A DNA stretch of 64,000 nt from Polyangiales bacterium (GTDB lineage Bacteria > Myxococcota_A > Polyangia > Polyangiales > Polyangiaceae). The notes below the pieces were generated by a model that saw only the letters and a program-made list of their open reading frames with translations, was not told the origin of the DNA and did not search any database. The stretch's first letter is position 1. Every line of letters begins with the position of its first letter. Below, in pieces: positions 9,782 to 19,066 of this stretch. A program made the translations under genes and the position numbers. Location: NCBI GenBank assembly GCA_038230375.1, contig JBBRNJ010000033.1, forward strand, positions 1-64,000. Direction: 5' to 3'.

Positions 9782-10429
9782 CTACAGCAGGAAGCCAATC
9801 TCGACGAGCGTGACGGCGGGGATGGCGTGCGTGCCCACGAACGAGAGGGCAGCGGTCGCGCCGCCTGAGCCGGCCTTGCCCGCGGCGTTCGTGACCCCTT
9901 CTTGCGTGGTGATCGTAGCCTTCGGCTGCGCGTGCCAGACGGGGATCTCCGCGCCACCGCGGATGCCGAGGGTCATGCCGTTCTCGAACGCCCAGAGCCA
10001 TCCGAGCTCCGGCCGCACGTACGCATAGTCGATGCCCGCGCGCGCGGTGACCTGCTGCGCGTACGACGTGCCCGAGCCGACGGTGTCGACGGCGGCCCCA
10101 TGGAGCTGCGCGTATCCCCCTGCAGCGCCCACGAAGAACGCATCGCGTGCAGGATACACGCGTACGCCGCCCTCGTAGGAGATGCGCGAGAGCTTGACCG
10201 GGTTCGCGACCATCATCCACGGGACATACGACGCGCGCGCGTCGATGCCTACGAGCCGGTAGAGCTTCACCGACAGGCCGCCGCCGAACCCGCTGGGCGC
10301 GCCCATGGCGACCGCGGGCCCGATCCTGAACTTGGAGGGTGGCTTCTTGTTGTCCGACACCTCGGGGGAGGCAATGGCCACCCTGGCCATGAGGAGCACA
10401 GCAACCCCGACGACGATGCCAGACTTCAT
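9782..10429 (-). CDS. Putative outer-membrane beta-barrel protein
   Basis: Signal peptide MKSGIVVGVAVLLMARVAIA, amphipathic beta strands with aromatic girdle, C-terminal IGFLL. Confidence 0.65.
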   Translation of the reverse strand: MKSGIVVGVAVLLMARVAIASPEVSDNKKPPSKFRIGPAVAMGAPSGFGGGLSVKLYRLVGIDARASYVPWMMVANPVKLSRISYEGGVRVYPARDAFFVGAAGGYAQLHGAAVDTVGSGTSYAQQVTARAGIDYAYVRPELGWLWAFENGMTLGIRGGAEIPVWHAQPKATITTQEGVTNAAGKAGSGGATAALSFVGTHAIPAVTLVEIGFLL

Positions 10430-10554
10430 GGAACCATGGGACGGTCGTTCCAGAGAAACCGTGAGGCACCGGCTATCCTTTGACCGCGGCGCATTTTCGC
10501 GCAGAATGTGTCGAGCGATCGGCCGTGGATGCCGTACAAGATGAGGGGGTGGGA

Positions 10555-11736
10555 ATGAACAAGCAGGCGAGCACGCCACTGCTATTTCCTGTGGTTCGCA
10601 CACGGACGGAAGGCGACGTCACGCCTGCGAAGGACGAGCTCCTTCGCGCGCGTGTGGCGGCGTTCGAGCGCGCCGAGCGCCTCGCCGACGTCGGCAGTTA
10701 CCAGGTCGAGATGGGCTCACGCGACCTCCGCTGGTCGCCGCACATGTTCCGCCTGTACGGTCTCTCACCGGAAGAGCGCCAGCCCACGCTCGACGAGGTG
10801 CTCGCCATGACCCACCCCGAGGATCAGGACACCGTGGCGTTTGCGACGCGCGAGCTCCTGAGCCGGGGCCAGGTCGAGCCGTTCACCTTCCGGATCCACG
10901 CGCTTGATGGCGTCGTGCGCACGCTGCTCGCTCGCATGGAGCTCGTCTACGACGACAGCGGCAAGAAGCCCCTCCTCATGTGGGGCACCGTCTCCGACGA
11001 GACCACGCGGCTTCGCATCGAGCGCCTCACGAACCGCGGCGAGCGACTCATCGACGTGGGCCGCGTCGTCGGCGGCGTCGCGCATGACTGGAACAACCTG
11101 CTGTCTGTGATCGTCGCGAGCGCAAGCCTTGCCCAGCGCGCCTCCACGGAGCCGGACGTGAAGGTGGAGCTCACGCGCCTCCTGTCGGCGTGCGAGTCCA
11201 GCGCGACGTTGCTGCGCCAGATGCTCGCGTTCTCGCGGAGGCAGGAGCTTGCGCCGCGCCTCATCGGTCTGGACGAGGTGCTCGCGCCCATCGAGTGGAT
11301 GGTGAAGCGCCTGCTTGGCCCGCACGTTGACCTCTCCATCGAGCTCACGAAGGAGCCGTGGCAGATCATCGGTGACCCCGGCGGGATCGAGCGTGCGCTC
11401 GTGAACCTGGCGCTCAACGCGCGCGACGCCATGCCCAACGGTGGCAAGGCAAAGATCACCGTGGAGAACCGCGCGTCGGCCGACGGTGGAGTGCTTGGCC
11501 GCGACTATGCGGTGCTCTCGCTCACGGACGACGGCGGAGGGATGTCGAAGGAGACGGCGTCACGCGCGTTCGAGCCGTTCTTCTCGACCAAGGGCGACGG
11601 CGGTACCGGGCTTGGTCTGTCGACCGTCAAGGCGATCGTGAGGGACCACAGCGGCATCACCGAGCTCGAGAGCGAAGAGGGCAAGGGCACCACGGTGCGC
11701 CTCCTGTTCCCGCGCGCCTCAGACCCTGCGCGCTGA
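10555..11736 (+). CDS. PAS-domain sensor histidine kinase (soluble)
   Basis: PAS_3 (WS..MFRLYG, HPED), H-box AHDWNNLL, N-box NLALNARDAM, DDGGGM, FEPFFSTK, GTGLGL. Confidence 0.92.
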   Translation: MNKQASTPLLFPVVRTRTEGDVTPAKDELLRARVAAFERAERLADVGSYQVEMGSRDLRWSPHMFRLYGLSPEERQPTLDEVLAMTHPEDQDTVAFATRELLSRGQVEPFTFRIHALDGVVRTLLARMELVYDDSGKKPLLMWGTVSDETTRLRIERLTNRGERLIDVGRVVGGVAHDWNNLLSVIVASASLAQRASTEPDVKVELTRLLSACESSATLLRQMLAFSRRQELAPRLIGLDEVLAPIEWMVKRLLGPHVDLSIELTKEPWQIIGDPGGIERALVNLALNARDAMPNGGKAKITVENRASADGGVLGRDYAVLSLTDDGGGMSKETASRAFEPFFSTKGDGGTGLGLSTVKAIVRDHSGITELESEEGKGTTVRLLFPRASDPAR

Positions 11737-12156
11737 GAGCACCAGCCCCACGATGAGGGCGGCGGCGCCTGGTGGTACGAGCGCCACGGCGAGGCCCGGG
11801 TCCGCGCCATGCGCGAAGACTCCGCCGAGGAAGAAGCCCGCAGGCACGAGCACGAGGGATGCGAGCAGCGCGCCCGATGCGAGGCGGCTCGTCGTGGCGG
11901 GCCGTGCGTGCAGGACGAGGCCGTACGCGATCTGCACGAGCGAGAGCAACGTCCCGTGCGCATGAGCAAGGCGCAGGAGCAGTCGCGTGGTCTCGTGACC
12001 TGCGTCCAGGTAGAAGGCGGACTTGTAGGCGTGAAAGACCTCGAGCACAGCGCCGAGCAGCACGAACAATGCGAGTGACCACAGGCCCAGCCGGATGTGC
12101 CGGCGCGAGAGCTGCGCGGCAAGGTTGGTGTCGGGCTCCTCGTGCGTGTGCTCCAC
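11719..12156 (-). CDS. Four-TM membrane protein with AHAHG motif
   Basis: Four hydrophobic segments; 18 bp downstream of the multiheme cytochrome gene. Confidence 0.7.
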   Translation of the reverse strand: MEHTHEEPDTNLAAQLSRRHIRLGLWSLALFVLLGAVLEVFHAYKSAFYLDAGHETTRLLLRLAHAHGTLLSLVQIAYGLVLHARPATTSRLASGALLASLVLVPAGFFLGGVFAHGADPGLAVALVPPGAAALIVGLVLSARRV

Positions 12157-12174
12157 GCGGCCGAATGTAGCCGA

Positions 12175-13953
12175 TCACTCGGCGATCGTGATCGCCCGCA
12201 GATCGCGCTCACGGCGGTGAGGGGCTCTCCGTGCTTCGTCGGGGACGCCGGGGCGCGTGAGCAGCAGCGCGTCCTCCGTCGCGTGCGGCATGGCGGGGCC
12301 TCCAGCCTCCATCTGCGCGGCTGCCGTGGTCGAGCGTACCGCGACGATTCGCACGGCAGCGTAAGGGTCGACAGCGAGCTCCGGCAGGAGCGCAGTGCTG
12401 TTGGCGCGTATGCCAGCGGCATGGGCCTCCTTCGTCCCGAGCGCGGCGGCGACCAGCACGCGCATCGCGGCATCACCGCGCAGCGCGAGCCAGGCACCTT
12501 CGGCGACGCTCGCGCGCGGCTCCGGAACCATCGTCGCGGGCTTTCCGGACCAGGACGACAGTGTCTGGCTCGTCCATGCGAGCGTTCTGTCCAGGTGGCA
12601 CAGGTTGCATGCGATGGGCTCGCCGGTCGCGAGCGTGCGTGCGACGCTCGGGCTCGTGATCGTGTGAGAGCGCACGCCATGGAAGAGCGCATAGCTGGTC
12701 TTCGGCATGTGGCAGCCGAGGCAAGAGTCGCCCGCGCTGGCCGCAGCATGGTGCGAGTGCGGTCGGACGCCAGCGTGGCAGTTCGATTGCGTGCATGCGG
12801 CATCACCGCGGTGCTCGGGCGCGAGCTGCCCGTCCGGATCGCCTTCGTGCATCGCGTGGCAGGAGAGGCACGTCATCTTGTGCGCACCTTCGCCCCGCGC
12901 GTAGCAGGGCGACGCGACGAGCCCGTTGTATTCGCGGCCGCCGACACGGATGGTCCCGTCGGGCCAGAAGAGCGAATCCGGCTCGCGATCGAGCTCGGGC
13001 TGCAGAGGTGCGTCGCGCGAGAGCAACGTGCGCGATCCCTCCAGGGTGTCGCCAGGGCGAAAGCTCTTCGCGTAGCCGGTGGTCCAGAACGCGTCCTCGC
13101 TCTTCGGGAACGCGTACGAGTGGCACTGTCCGCAGACGGCAGCGGAGCGCTCCGGCGAGAGCTTCCGGGGCTGCACGATGGTGGGGAGCGGCGCGTCGCG
13201 ATCCGCGGCCTTGCTCGCGGCATAGCGCTTCCAGGGAGAGCGATACTCCTCCACGTGGGCGCGGCCGGGGCCGTGGCAGGCCTCGCATGCGATGCCGAGC
13301 TCTGCGACGCGCGTGTCGAAGACGTCGCGCTTTTCATCGTGACCCGGCTCGCCCGCGACGGCGTGACATGCGATGCAGTTGGAGTTCCAGCGCGCCGGCC
13401 CCAGGGGGACGTCAGGCGGCGTGAGAAAGGCGTCGTGTCGCGGGATCACGCGCGCCTCGTCCACGAGGTACACGATGGGCACGAGCCGCAGCTCCCCTTC
13501 GCGCTGCCCTCGAACCCAGTACGTCTGCTCGCGGTGTGAGCCGGTGGTGAGGACCACGCGGCGAGTGACCTCCTGTGCGCTCGAGAAAGCGGCAGGCTCA
13601 CGCGTGACCACGTCGGGATCGGGGAGTGTCGCCCAAGCCTCGTCCCCCCTTGTTTCCAGCCGGATCGTGCGTCCTTCCACCGGGAATGCCGTGCCCGCGC
13701 GGAGCGCAAGAACTGTCGTCCTGGTCGCATCCTGGGTCATGGTCCGGTGGAACGTGCGCCCGAAGCTCTGGTGCTCCTTCGCGTGGCACGGCAGGCACGC
13801 CGCGGACGAGACGTAGTCGGACGCTGGGTGCTGCGACGGACGCTCGCGCGGGACCTCCGGAGCCGGAGAGTGTGCGCGGGCCGCGATGGTCCCGAGGAAC
13901 GACACGCCGATGGCCACGAACAGCGCGCCAACGGCGAACCGTGCGCCGTTCAC
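12175..13953 (-). CDS. Multiheme c-type cytochrome with C-terminal HEAT-like repeats
   Basis: CLPCH, CIACH, CEACH, CGQCH, CLSCH, CLGCH, CNLCH plus CTQSNCH; N-terminal hydrophobic anchor after GTG 13953 overlapping the fabH stop (the ORF-track extension to 14904 is spurious). Confidence 0.88.
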   Translation of the reverse strand: MNGARFAVGALFVAIGVSFLGTIAARAHSPAPEVPRERPSQHPASDYVSSAACLPCHAKEHQSFGRTFHRTMTQDATRTTVLALRAGTAFPVEGRTIRLETRGDEAWATLPDPDVVTREPAAFSSAQEVTRRVVLTTGSHREQTYWVRGQREGELRLVPIVYLVDEARVIPRHDAFLTPPDVPLGPARWNSNCIACHAVAGEPGHDEKRDVFDTRVAELGIACEACHGPGRAHVEEYRSPWKRYAASKAADRDAPLPTIVQPRKLSPERSAAVCGQCHSYAFPKSEDAFWTTGYAKSFRPGDTLEGSRTLLSRDAPLQPELDREPDSLFWPDGTIRVGGREYNGLVASPCYARGEGAHKMTCLSCHAMHEGDPDGQLAPEHRGDAACTQSNCHAGVRPHSHHAAASAGDSCLGCHMPKTSYALFHGVRSHTITSPSVARTLATGEPIACNLCHLDRTLAWTSQTLSSWSGKPATMVPEPRASVAEGAWLALRGDAAMRVLVAAALGTKEAHAAGIRANSTALLPELAVDPYAAVRIVAVRSTTAAAQMEAGGPAMPHATEDALLLTRPGVPDEARRAPHRRERDLRAITIAE

Positions 13954-15020
13954 AGCCTGAGGAGAGCGCAGCCCCAGTGAACGCCGGTGCCGAGCGCGAG
14001 CACCATGGAGAGCTGACCCTTCTTCAGGTTGCCCTTGCGCATCTCCTCGTCGATGAGGATGGGCAGTGTGCCGGCGCTGGTGTTGCCGAAGCGGTCGATG
14101 TTCATCGGCATGCGCTCCTCGGGCACGCCGAGCTTCTCGCGCACGGCCTGGTTGATGCGCTGGTTTGCCTGGTGGGCAAGGAACCAGTCGATGTCGCCGA
14201 GCTTCACGTCTTCCTGCACGCAGAGCGCGCGCGCGGTCTCCGGGAGCTTGGTGACGGCGAACTTGAAGAGCTCGCGGCCGTCCATCTTCGGAATGTGCAA
14301 CGAGGCAGCGACCATCTCGGCCCGCTGGTAGGGGCGCGTCGTGAAGCCGCCGCCGGGCACGTAGAGCGCCTTCGCGAAGCGGCCGTCGGTGTGGAGCTTC
14401 ATGCCGCGGAGGCCAGCGTCGCGGTCGGTGGCGCGGAAGACGAGCGCGCCTGCGCCGTCGCCGAAGAGGACGGCGAGCGCGCGGTGCTCGTTGTTGTGCG
14501 CGCGCTCCTCGGGGGTGGCCTCGCGCGTACCGTCGAGCGTGGCCCAGTCCTGCCAGGGCATGAAGCCGGCGTGCGCCTCTGCGCCGACGAACAGGATGGT
14601 CTTCGCAGCACCGGTGCGGATGAGGCCGTCGATGGTCTGCAGGCCGTAGAGCATGGCCGCGCACTGCTGGCGGATGTCGAGGCAGGGGACGCCCTCGATG
14701 CCGAGCTTCGCGCCGAGCAGCGCGCCGGACCCCGGGAACACATAGTCCGGGGTCATGGTCGCGAAGAGGATGTAGTCGATGTCCTTGGGCGTCAGTCGCG
14801 CAGACTCGATGGCGCGCTTGGAGGCCTCCACGGCCAGATCGCTGGCGCCTACGCCCTCTGGTGCATAGTGCCGCTGGCGGATGCCGGACCGCTGGAAGAT
14901 CCACTCATCCGAGGTGTCGAGCACGCGCGAGAGCTGCTCGTTCTTGACGGGCACACCCGGCACATAGTGGCCGGTTCCGATGATCTCGAAGCCCGTGGGT
15001 GTAGCGGTAGGTGCTCGCAA
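13950..15020 (-). CDS. fabH: 3-oxoacyl-ACP synthase III family protein
   Basis: GTGHYVP, DTSDEWIFQRSGIRQR, catalytic Cys (QQCAA), LFGDGAGA, HQAN, GNTSA. Confidence 0.9.
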   Translation of the reverse strand: MRAPTATPTGFEIIGTGHYVPGVPVKNEQLSRVLDTSDEWIFQRSGIRQRHYAPEGVGASDLAVEASKRAIESARLTPKDIDYILFATMTPDYVFPGSGALLGAKLGIEGVPCLDIRQQCAAMLYGLQTIDGLIRTGAAKTILFVGAEAHAGFMPWQDWATLDGTREATPEERAHNNEHRALAVLFGDGAGALVFRATDRDAGLRGMKLHTDGRFAKALYVPGGGFTTRPYQRAEMVAASLHIPKMDGRELFKFAVTKLPETARALCVQEDVKLGDIDWFLAHQANQRINQAVREKLGVPEERMPMNIDRFGNTSAGTLPILIDEEMRKGNLKKGQLSMVLALGTGVHWGCALLRL

Positions 15021-15431
15021 AGCCAGGCGGTTCTATCACCCGAGTCCCGATAGAACACCACTGTGGGGAAAAAATTGCCGGATCGTGGCAGAGCAGCGAT
15101 GGTCATGACACGCACCCGGACGAACGCCCCGCGAAGAGCGTCGCTCGCGGGGGCGGTGGGCAGGCTCTCCCCGGTCCCTCAAGAAGTACACCTGGGAGGA
15201 GTACGCTCGATCGAAAATCTGCGGAAAAAAGGGCGATCCGTCGGGAAAAGTTCACCTGTGAGGTGTACTGTCTGGGACGTGGATGGCAGGTGGCCCCGCG
15301 CCATGACTGCCCGGCATTGCTCTGCGCGGCCCAGGCCTCCATCGCCTTCGGCCGCCGTAACGTGTTGGATCCAAACGAAACGGCTTGATTCAGCAGCCCT
15401 TCCACAGTATCGAGACCCACGTTTCCAAACG

Positions 15432-15504
15432 GGGCTGATAGCTCAGTCGGTAGAGCTGCGGACTTTTAATCCGTAGGTCGCGGGTTCAAGTCCCGCTCGG
15501 CCCA
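15432..15504 (+). tRNA. tRNA-Lys (anticodon UUU); CCA not encoded
   Basis: GGGCTGA/TCGGCCC acceptor stem, TAGCTCAGTCGGTAGAGC D arm, GCGGA-CTTTTAA-TCCGT anticodon arm, GGTTCAAGTCC T arm; followed by ACCC. Confidence 0.97.
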
Positions 15505-15693
15505 CCCGCATATTTTCCAGCTTTGCGAGCAGCGCGCGCGCGGGTCGCACCTTTCGTCGCACGGTGGGCCGTGTCCGATATTTCGAAGGCTCGGCGGCGC
15601 TTTTCAAAATGAGGGGTGCGACTCGGCGCGATAGGATGGGTGGAACGATGGGTGACCGCCCGTCCGTTCAGCTTTCCTTCCTCGAGGAGTTTC

Positions 15694-18168
15694 ATGTTCG
15701 CAAAGTCAGTGAAGAACACCGTGTTCGCGTGCGCGGCCGTCCTTCTCTTCGCAGGTCTGTCCCAGACTGGCTGTGATTGCGGGTCGGACAACTCCGAGTT
15801 CAACAACGGCGGGAACGAGGACGGCGGACCCGAGGGCGGGACCATACCACCGCCGCTCTTCGGCGACGCCGGCGGCCTCAAGGACAGCGGCGGCAACGCC
15901 TGCGCAGCGCCGGTCACCGTCGCGCCCACGACCCAGGCGATCCCGGTCACGATCTTGAACGGCGTCATCACCGTGAACAAGCCGGTCGCCTTCACGGCGA
16001 CCCAGAGCGGCAAGACCGTGACCAACGCTTCTTGGAGCGTCGATCGCGGCGAGCTCGGCGCTGTCGACAGCAAGGGCGTGTTCACCGCGTCGGGCAAGGC
16101 CGTCGGCGACGGCGTGATCACCGCGACCATTGGCAGCTGTCAGGCGAACGCGAAGGTCACCGTCACGATCCAGAACAAGCAGAACGGAGCGCCCAGCATG
16201 GACGCGGGCGTTGGCGCTGGCGGTGTTGGTGGTGTCGGCGGAGAGCCGCTCGGCGGCCCGGTCGATCCCGGGATCGTCACGCGCCTGGAGACGCAGTCGA
16301 ACGCGGACGCATCGCTGAGGTACCTCTATCCGTACGCGAACACCGTGTTCCCGCGCGGCGTGCTCGCGCCGCTCGTGATGTGGGACACGAGCAATACAGC
16401 CACCTCGATCCTCATCTCGATCACGCAGAAGAACTTCTCCTTCGAGGGGACCTACGACGTGACGGGTCGCCCCGGCGATCAGACGCGTCGCGTCCACATC
16501 GACGACGCCGCGTGGACCGCCGCCATCAACGGCAACGCCGGAGATCCGCTCCAGCTCACCGTGAAGATCTACTCGGCGGGCACGGACACGGTCTTCGGCC
16601 CGATCACGGAGACACTGAAGGTCGCGCCGGGCATCTTGAAGGGCACCGTCTACTACAACAGCTATGACTCGAACCTCACCGGGCTCGCGGCCGGTCGTGC
16701 GCTCGGCGGCGTCATCGCCATCCAGCCGCGCTCGCCGAACCCGCAGCTCGCGGTGCCGAACATGCTCGGCAAGTGCCACGTCTGCCACTCGCTCTCCGCG
16801 GACGGCTCCACGCTCTTCGCGCAGGACGGCGAGGCCGACTTCTCCAAGCCCGACCCGACGGGGGCCGGCGATTATCGCAACGGCGCCAGCTACGATCTGA
16901 AGAACGGCGGCGCTCGAACCGAGCTCCAGACCACCACGCTCGACGGCGGCGTCGTGGCCGCCGGCAACGATCGCAAGTTCGTGTGGGCAGCGCCGTACCC
17001 GGACGGCAGCTTCCTCCTCACGAGCTACGGCTACGCGCGCGAGACGTACCTAGGCGACCTCGCGATGGGTGGGCCCGCGGGGCTCGTGAAGAAGACGGAC
17101 GGCAGCACGCTCACGAGCAACTTCAACACCGCGGTCACCTCCGCCGTGACGCCCGCGTTCTCGCCCGATGGGCGGAAGGTCGCGTTCAACTTCTGGTCAG
17201 GCGCGGGCGCGAATGGCGTCACCGCCGGCGACGGACACTCGCTTGCGATCTTCGACTTCGACTGCGGCGCCGCGAAGGGGTCCGTGACCTGCGGAGCGGG
17301 GGCGAAGACGTTCGCAAACCTGCGCGAGATCTATCACCCGGCGCTCACGGCCGACGGCGGCCCGTTTTTGGGGTGGGCTTCCTTCACGCCCGATGCCGCC
17401 GCGGTCGTCTTCCACCAGACCTCGGGCTTGCCGCCGGCGATGAACCCCCCCATCGCACCCACCGCGCCAGCCCAGGCAGGGCGCTTCAACGATCAGCTCA
17501 CGTCGTGGTTCCAGCGCGACGCCGAGATCTACATGGCCCGCGACGACAAGCAGAAGATCGGCACGCGCCTGGACGCGCTCAACGGGCGCACCGCTGGCGT
17601 CTCGTATTTGCCAGTGAGCGCGAACCACCCGGACGACACGCTGCTCAACTACATGCCCACCGTGAACCCTGTTCCGTCGGGTGGTTACTTCTGGGTCGTG
17701 TTCGAGACCCGCCGTCGCTACGGCAATCTCCTCGACGCGGACGCCTTCGGCTTGCCGGGCGTGAACTGTCCGCCGCCCGACCAGGCGATCCCCAACTGCG
17801 CCTACGGCTCGAAGCAGAAGAAGCTCTGGGTCGCGGCCGTGGATATCGTCTCCGGCGCGATCGACCCGAGCCACCCCGCCTTCTACCTGCCGGGTCAGGA
17901 GCTCGACGCCGGTAACTCGCGCGGATACTGGGTCGTCGATCCGTGCAGGACCGACGGCACCAGCTGCGAGACCGGGGATGAGTGCTGCGGGGGCTTCTGC
18001 CGCAACGGCACCGACGGCGGCGCGCTCACATGCGGCAAGCCCACTGGTCCGACGTGCTCACAGGAGTTCGAGAAGTGCACCGTGGACGCAGACTGCTGCA
18101 CCTTTCCATCGGACATCTGCATCGCGAACCGGTGCTCCAAGAAGGGCATCGCGCTCCCGGTTCACTGA
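15694..18168 (+). CDS. Large secreted lipoprotein: Ig-like domain, TolB/PD40-like propeller, Cys-rich C-terminus
   Basis: GAGGAG RBS, signal ending TGCDCG, PAFSPDG and FTPD repeats, YFWVVF, two terminal C-C-CC-C-C modules. Confidence 0.8.
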   Translation: MFAKSVKNTVFACAAVLLFAGLSQTGCDCGSDNSEFNNGGNEDGGPEGGTIPPPLFGDAGGLKDSGGNACAAPVTVAPTTQAIPVTILNGVITVNKPVAFTATQSGKTVTNASWSVDRGELGAVDSKGVFTASGKAVGDGVITATIGSCQANAKVTVTIQNKQNGAPSMDAGVGAGGVGGVGGEPLGGPVDPGIVTRLETQSNADASLRYLYPYANTVFPRGVLAPLVMWDTSNTATSILISITQKNFSFEGTYDVTGRPGDQTRRVHIDDAAWTAAINGNAGDPLQLTVKIYSAGTDTVFGPITETLKVAPGILKGTVYYNSYDSNLTGLAAGRALGGVIAIQPRSPNPQLAVPNMLGKCHVCHSLSADGSTLFAQDGEADFSKPDPTGAGDYRNGASYDLKNGGARTELQTTTLDGGVVAAGNDRKFVWAAPYPDGSFLLTSYGYARETYLGDLAMGGPAGLVKKTDGSTLTSNFNTAVTSAVTPAFSPDGRKVAFNFWSGAGANGVTAGDGHSLAIFDFDCGAAKGSVTCGAGAKTFANLREIYHPALTADGGPFLGWASFTPDAAAVVFHQTSGLPPAMNPPIAPTAPAQAGRFNDQLTSWFQRDAEIYMARDDKQKIGTRLDALNGRTAGVSYLPVSANHPDDTLLNYMPTVNPVPSGGYFWVVFETRRRYGNLLDADAFGLPGVNCPPPDQAIPNCAYGSKQKKLWVAAVDIVSGAIDPSHPAFYLPGQELDAGNSRGYWVVDPCRTDGTSCETGDECCGGFCRNGTDGGALTCGKPTGPTCSQEFEKCTVDADCCTFPSDICIANRCSKKGIALPVH

Positions 18169-18202
18169 CTACTCGCCCGTCTGGCTTGTCCGGTGCCCCG
18201 AC

Positions 18203-18895
18203 TCACTTGAACGCGGAGAGGTGGACGACGTACCACTCGCCGCGCCACGAGATCAGCGATGTCACCTCGAACGAGCGCGGCTTGCCGTCCACCTCGTAGA
18301 GAATACGTGCACCATACACGCGATAGTAGCCGAGCTTGTTGCCCTCCTCGTTCGGCTCCACCCAGCGCGCGCGATCCTCGGGGACCTCGATGCGCGTGAG
18401 CGTGGCCTTCTCCGGCTCCGCGCCGAGCTTGGCGTGCAGCTTGTGGATGTCGCGGGCATAGGCGGCCACCAGGCGCCGGCGCCAGTCACCTGCCGGGTTC
18501 GTGATCGCCTTCACCTGTTCGTATGCGTGGACGGGGAAGAAGAACGGCATGGCATCGTCCGGGTTGTCGCTGACGATCGCGGCGAAGAGGGCGGCCGCAC
18601 GCGCATCGAACGCGGCGCCGCTCGCCTTGGGGCGGTCGTTCGTCTGTGGCAACGTCGAGGGGTCGGGACCTGCGTCGGTGGCCGTGTCGACGCGCCCGCC
18701 GTCCGCCGTTGCGAGCGTTCCCCCGACCTGGCCGCTACCGAGAGGCGCTGACGCAAAGCTTGCGTCGAATGGAGCACCGAGTGGGGCAGTGGTCTTGTCG
18801 ATCACGACAGCTTCGGGCGGCGCACCTCGACCGCAGGCTGCGGTGAGCACCGCGCAGAAAAGCCACGGCAGCGTTCGCGTGAGGCAACGACCCAT
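18203..18895 (-). CDS. Lipoprotein of unknown function
   Basis: Lipobox LTAAC; globular C-terminal domain (FFFP..AY.Q.K ... SLISWRGEWYVVHL). Confidence 0.7.
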   Translation of the reverse strand: MGRCLTRTLPWLFCAVLTAACGRGAPPEAVVIDKTTAPLGAPFDASFASAPLGSGQVGGTLATADGGRVDTATDAGPDPSTLPQTNDRPKASGAAFDARAAALFAAIVSDNPDDAMPFFFPVHAYEQVKAITNPAGDWRRRLVAAYARDIHKLHAKLGAEPEKATLTRIEVPEDRARWVEPNEEGNKLGYYRVYGARILYEVDGKPRSFEVTSLISWRGEWYVVHLSAFK

Positions 18896-19066
18896 CGAAA
18901 AACGCCTTAGCCAAACCACGGTGGCTTTGGAAGCCAGCTCTCGCAGCGTGGCGATCAAACGCCCACGGAAAACCCGTCACGGCACCAGCGGACGTGTAAG
19001 ATGCCCCCGCGAGCCACGTTATGAAGGCGGCTCGACGAAGACGTCGAAGTTTCCTTGGAGGATTGG

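Noticed and set aside
13954..14904. Apparent 909-aa cytochrome with long N-terminal extension
   Set aside because: The extension is an off-frame read of fabH; the real start is GTG 13953 before the hydrophobic anchor
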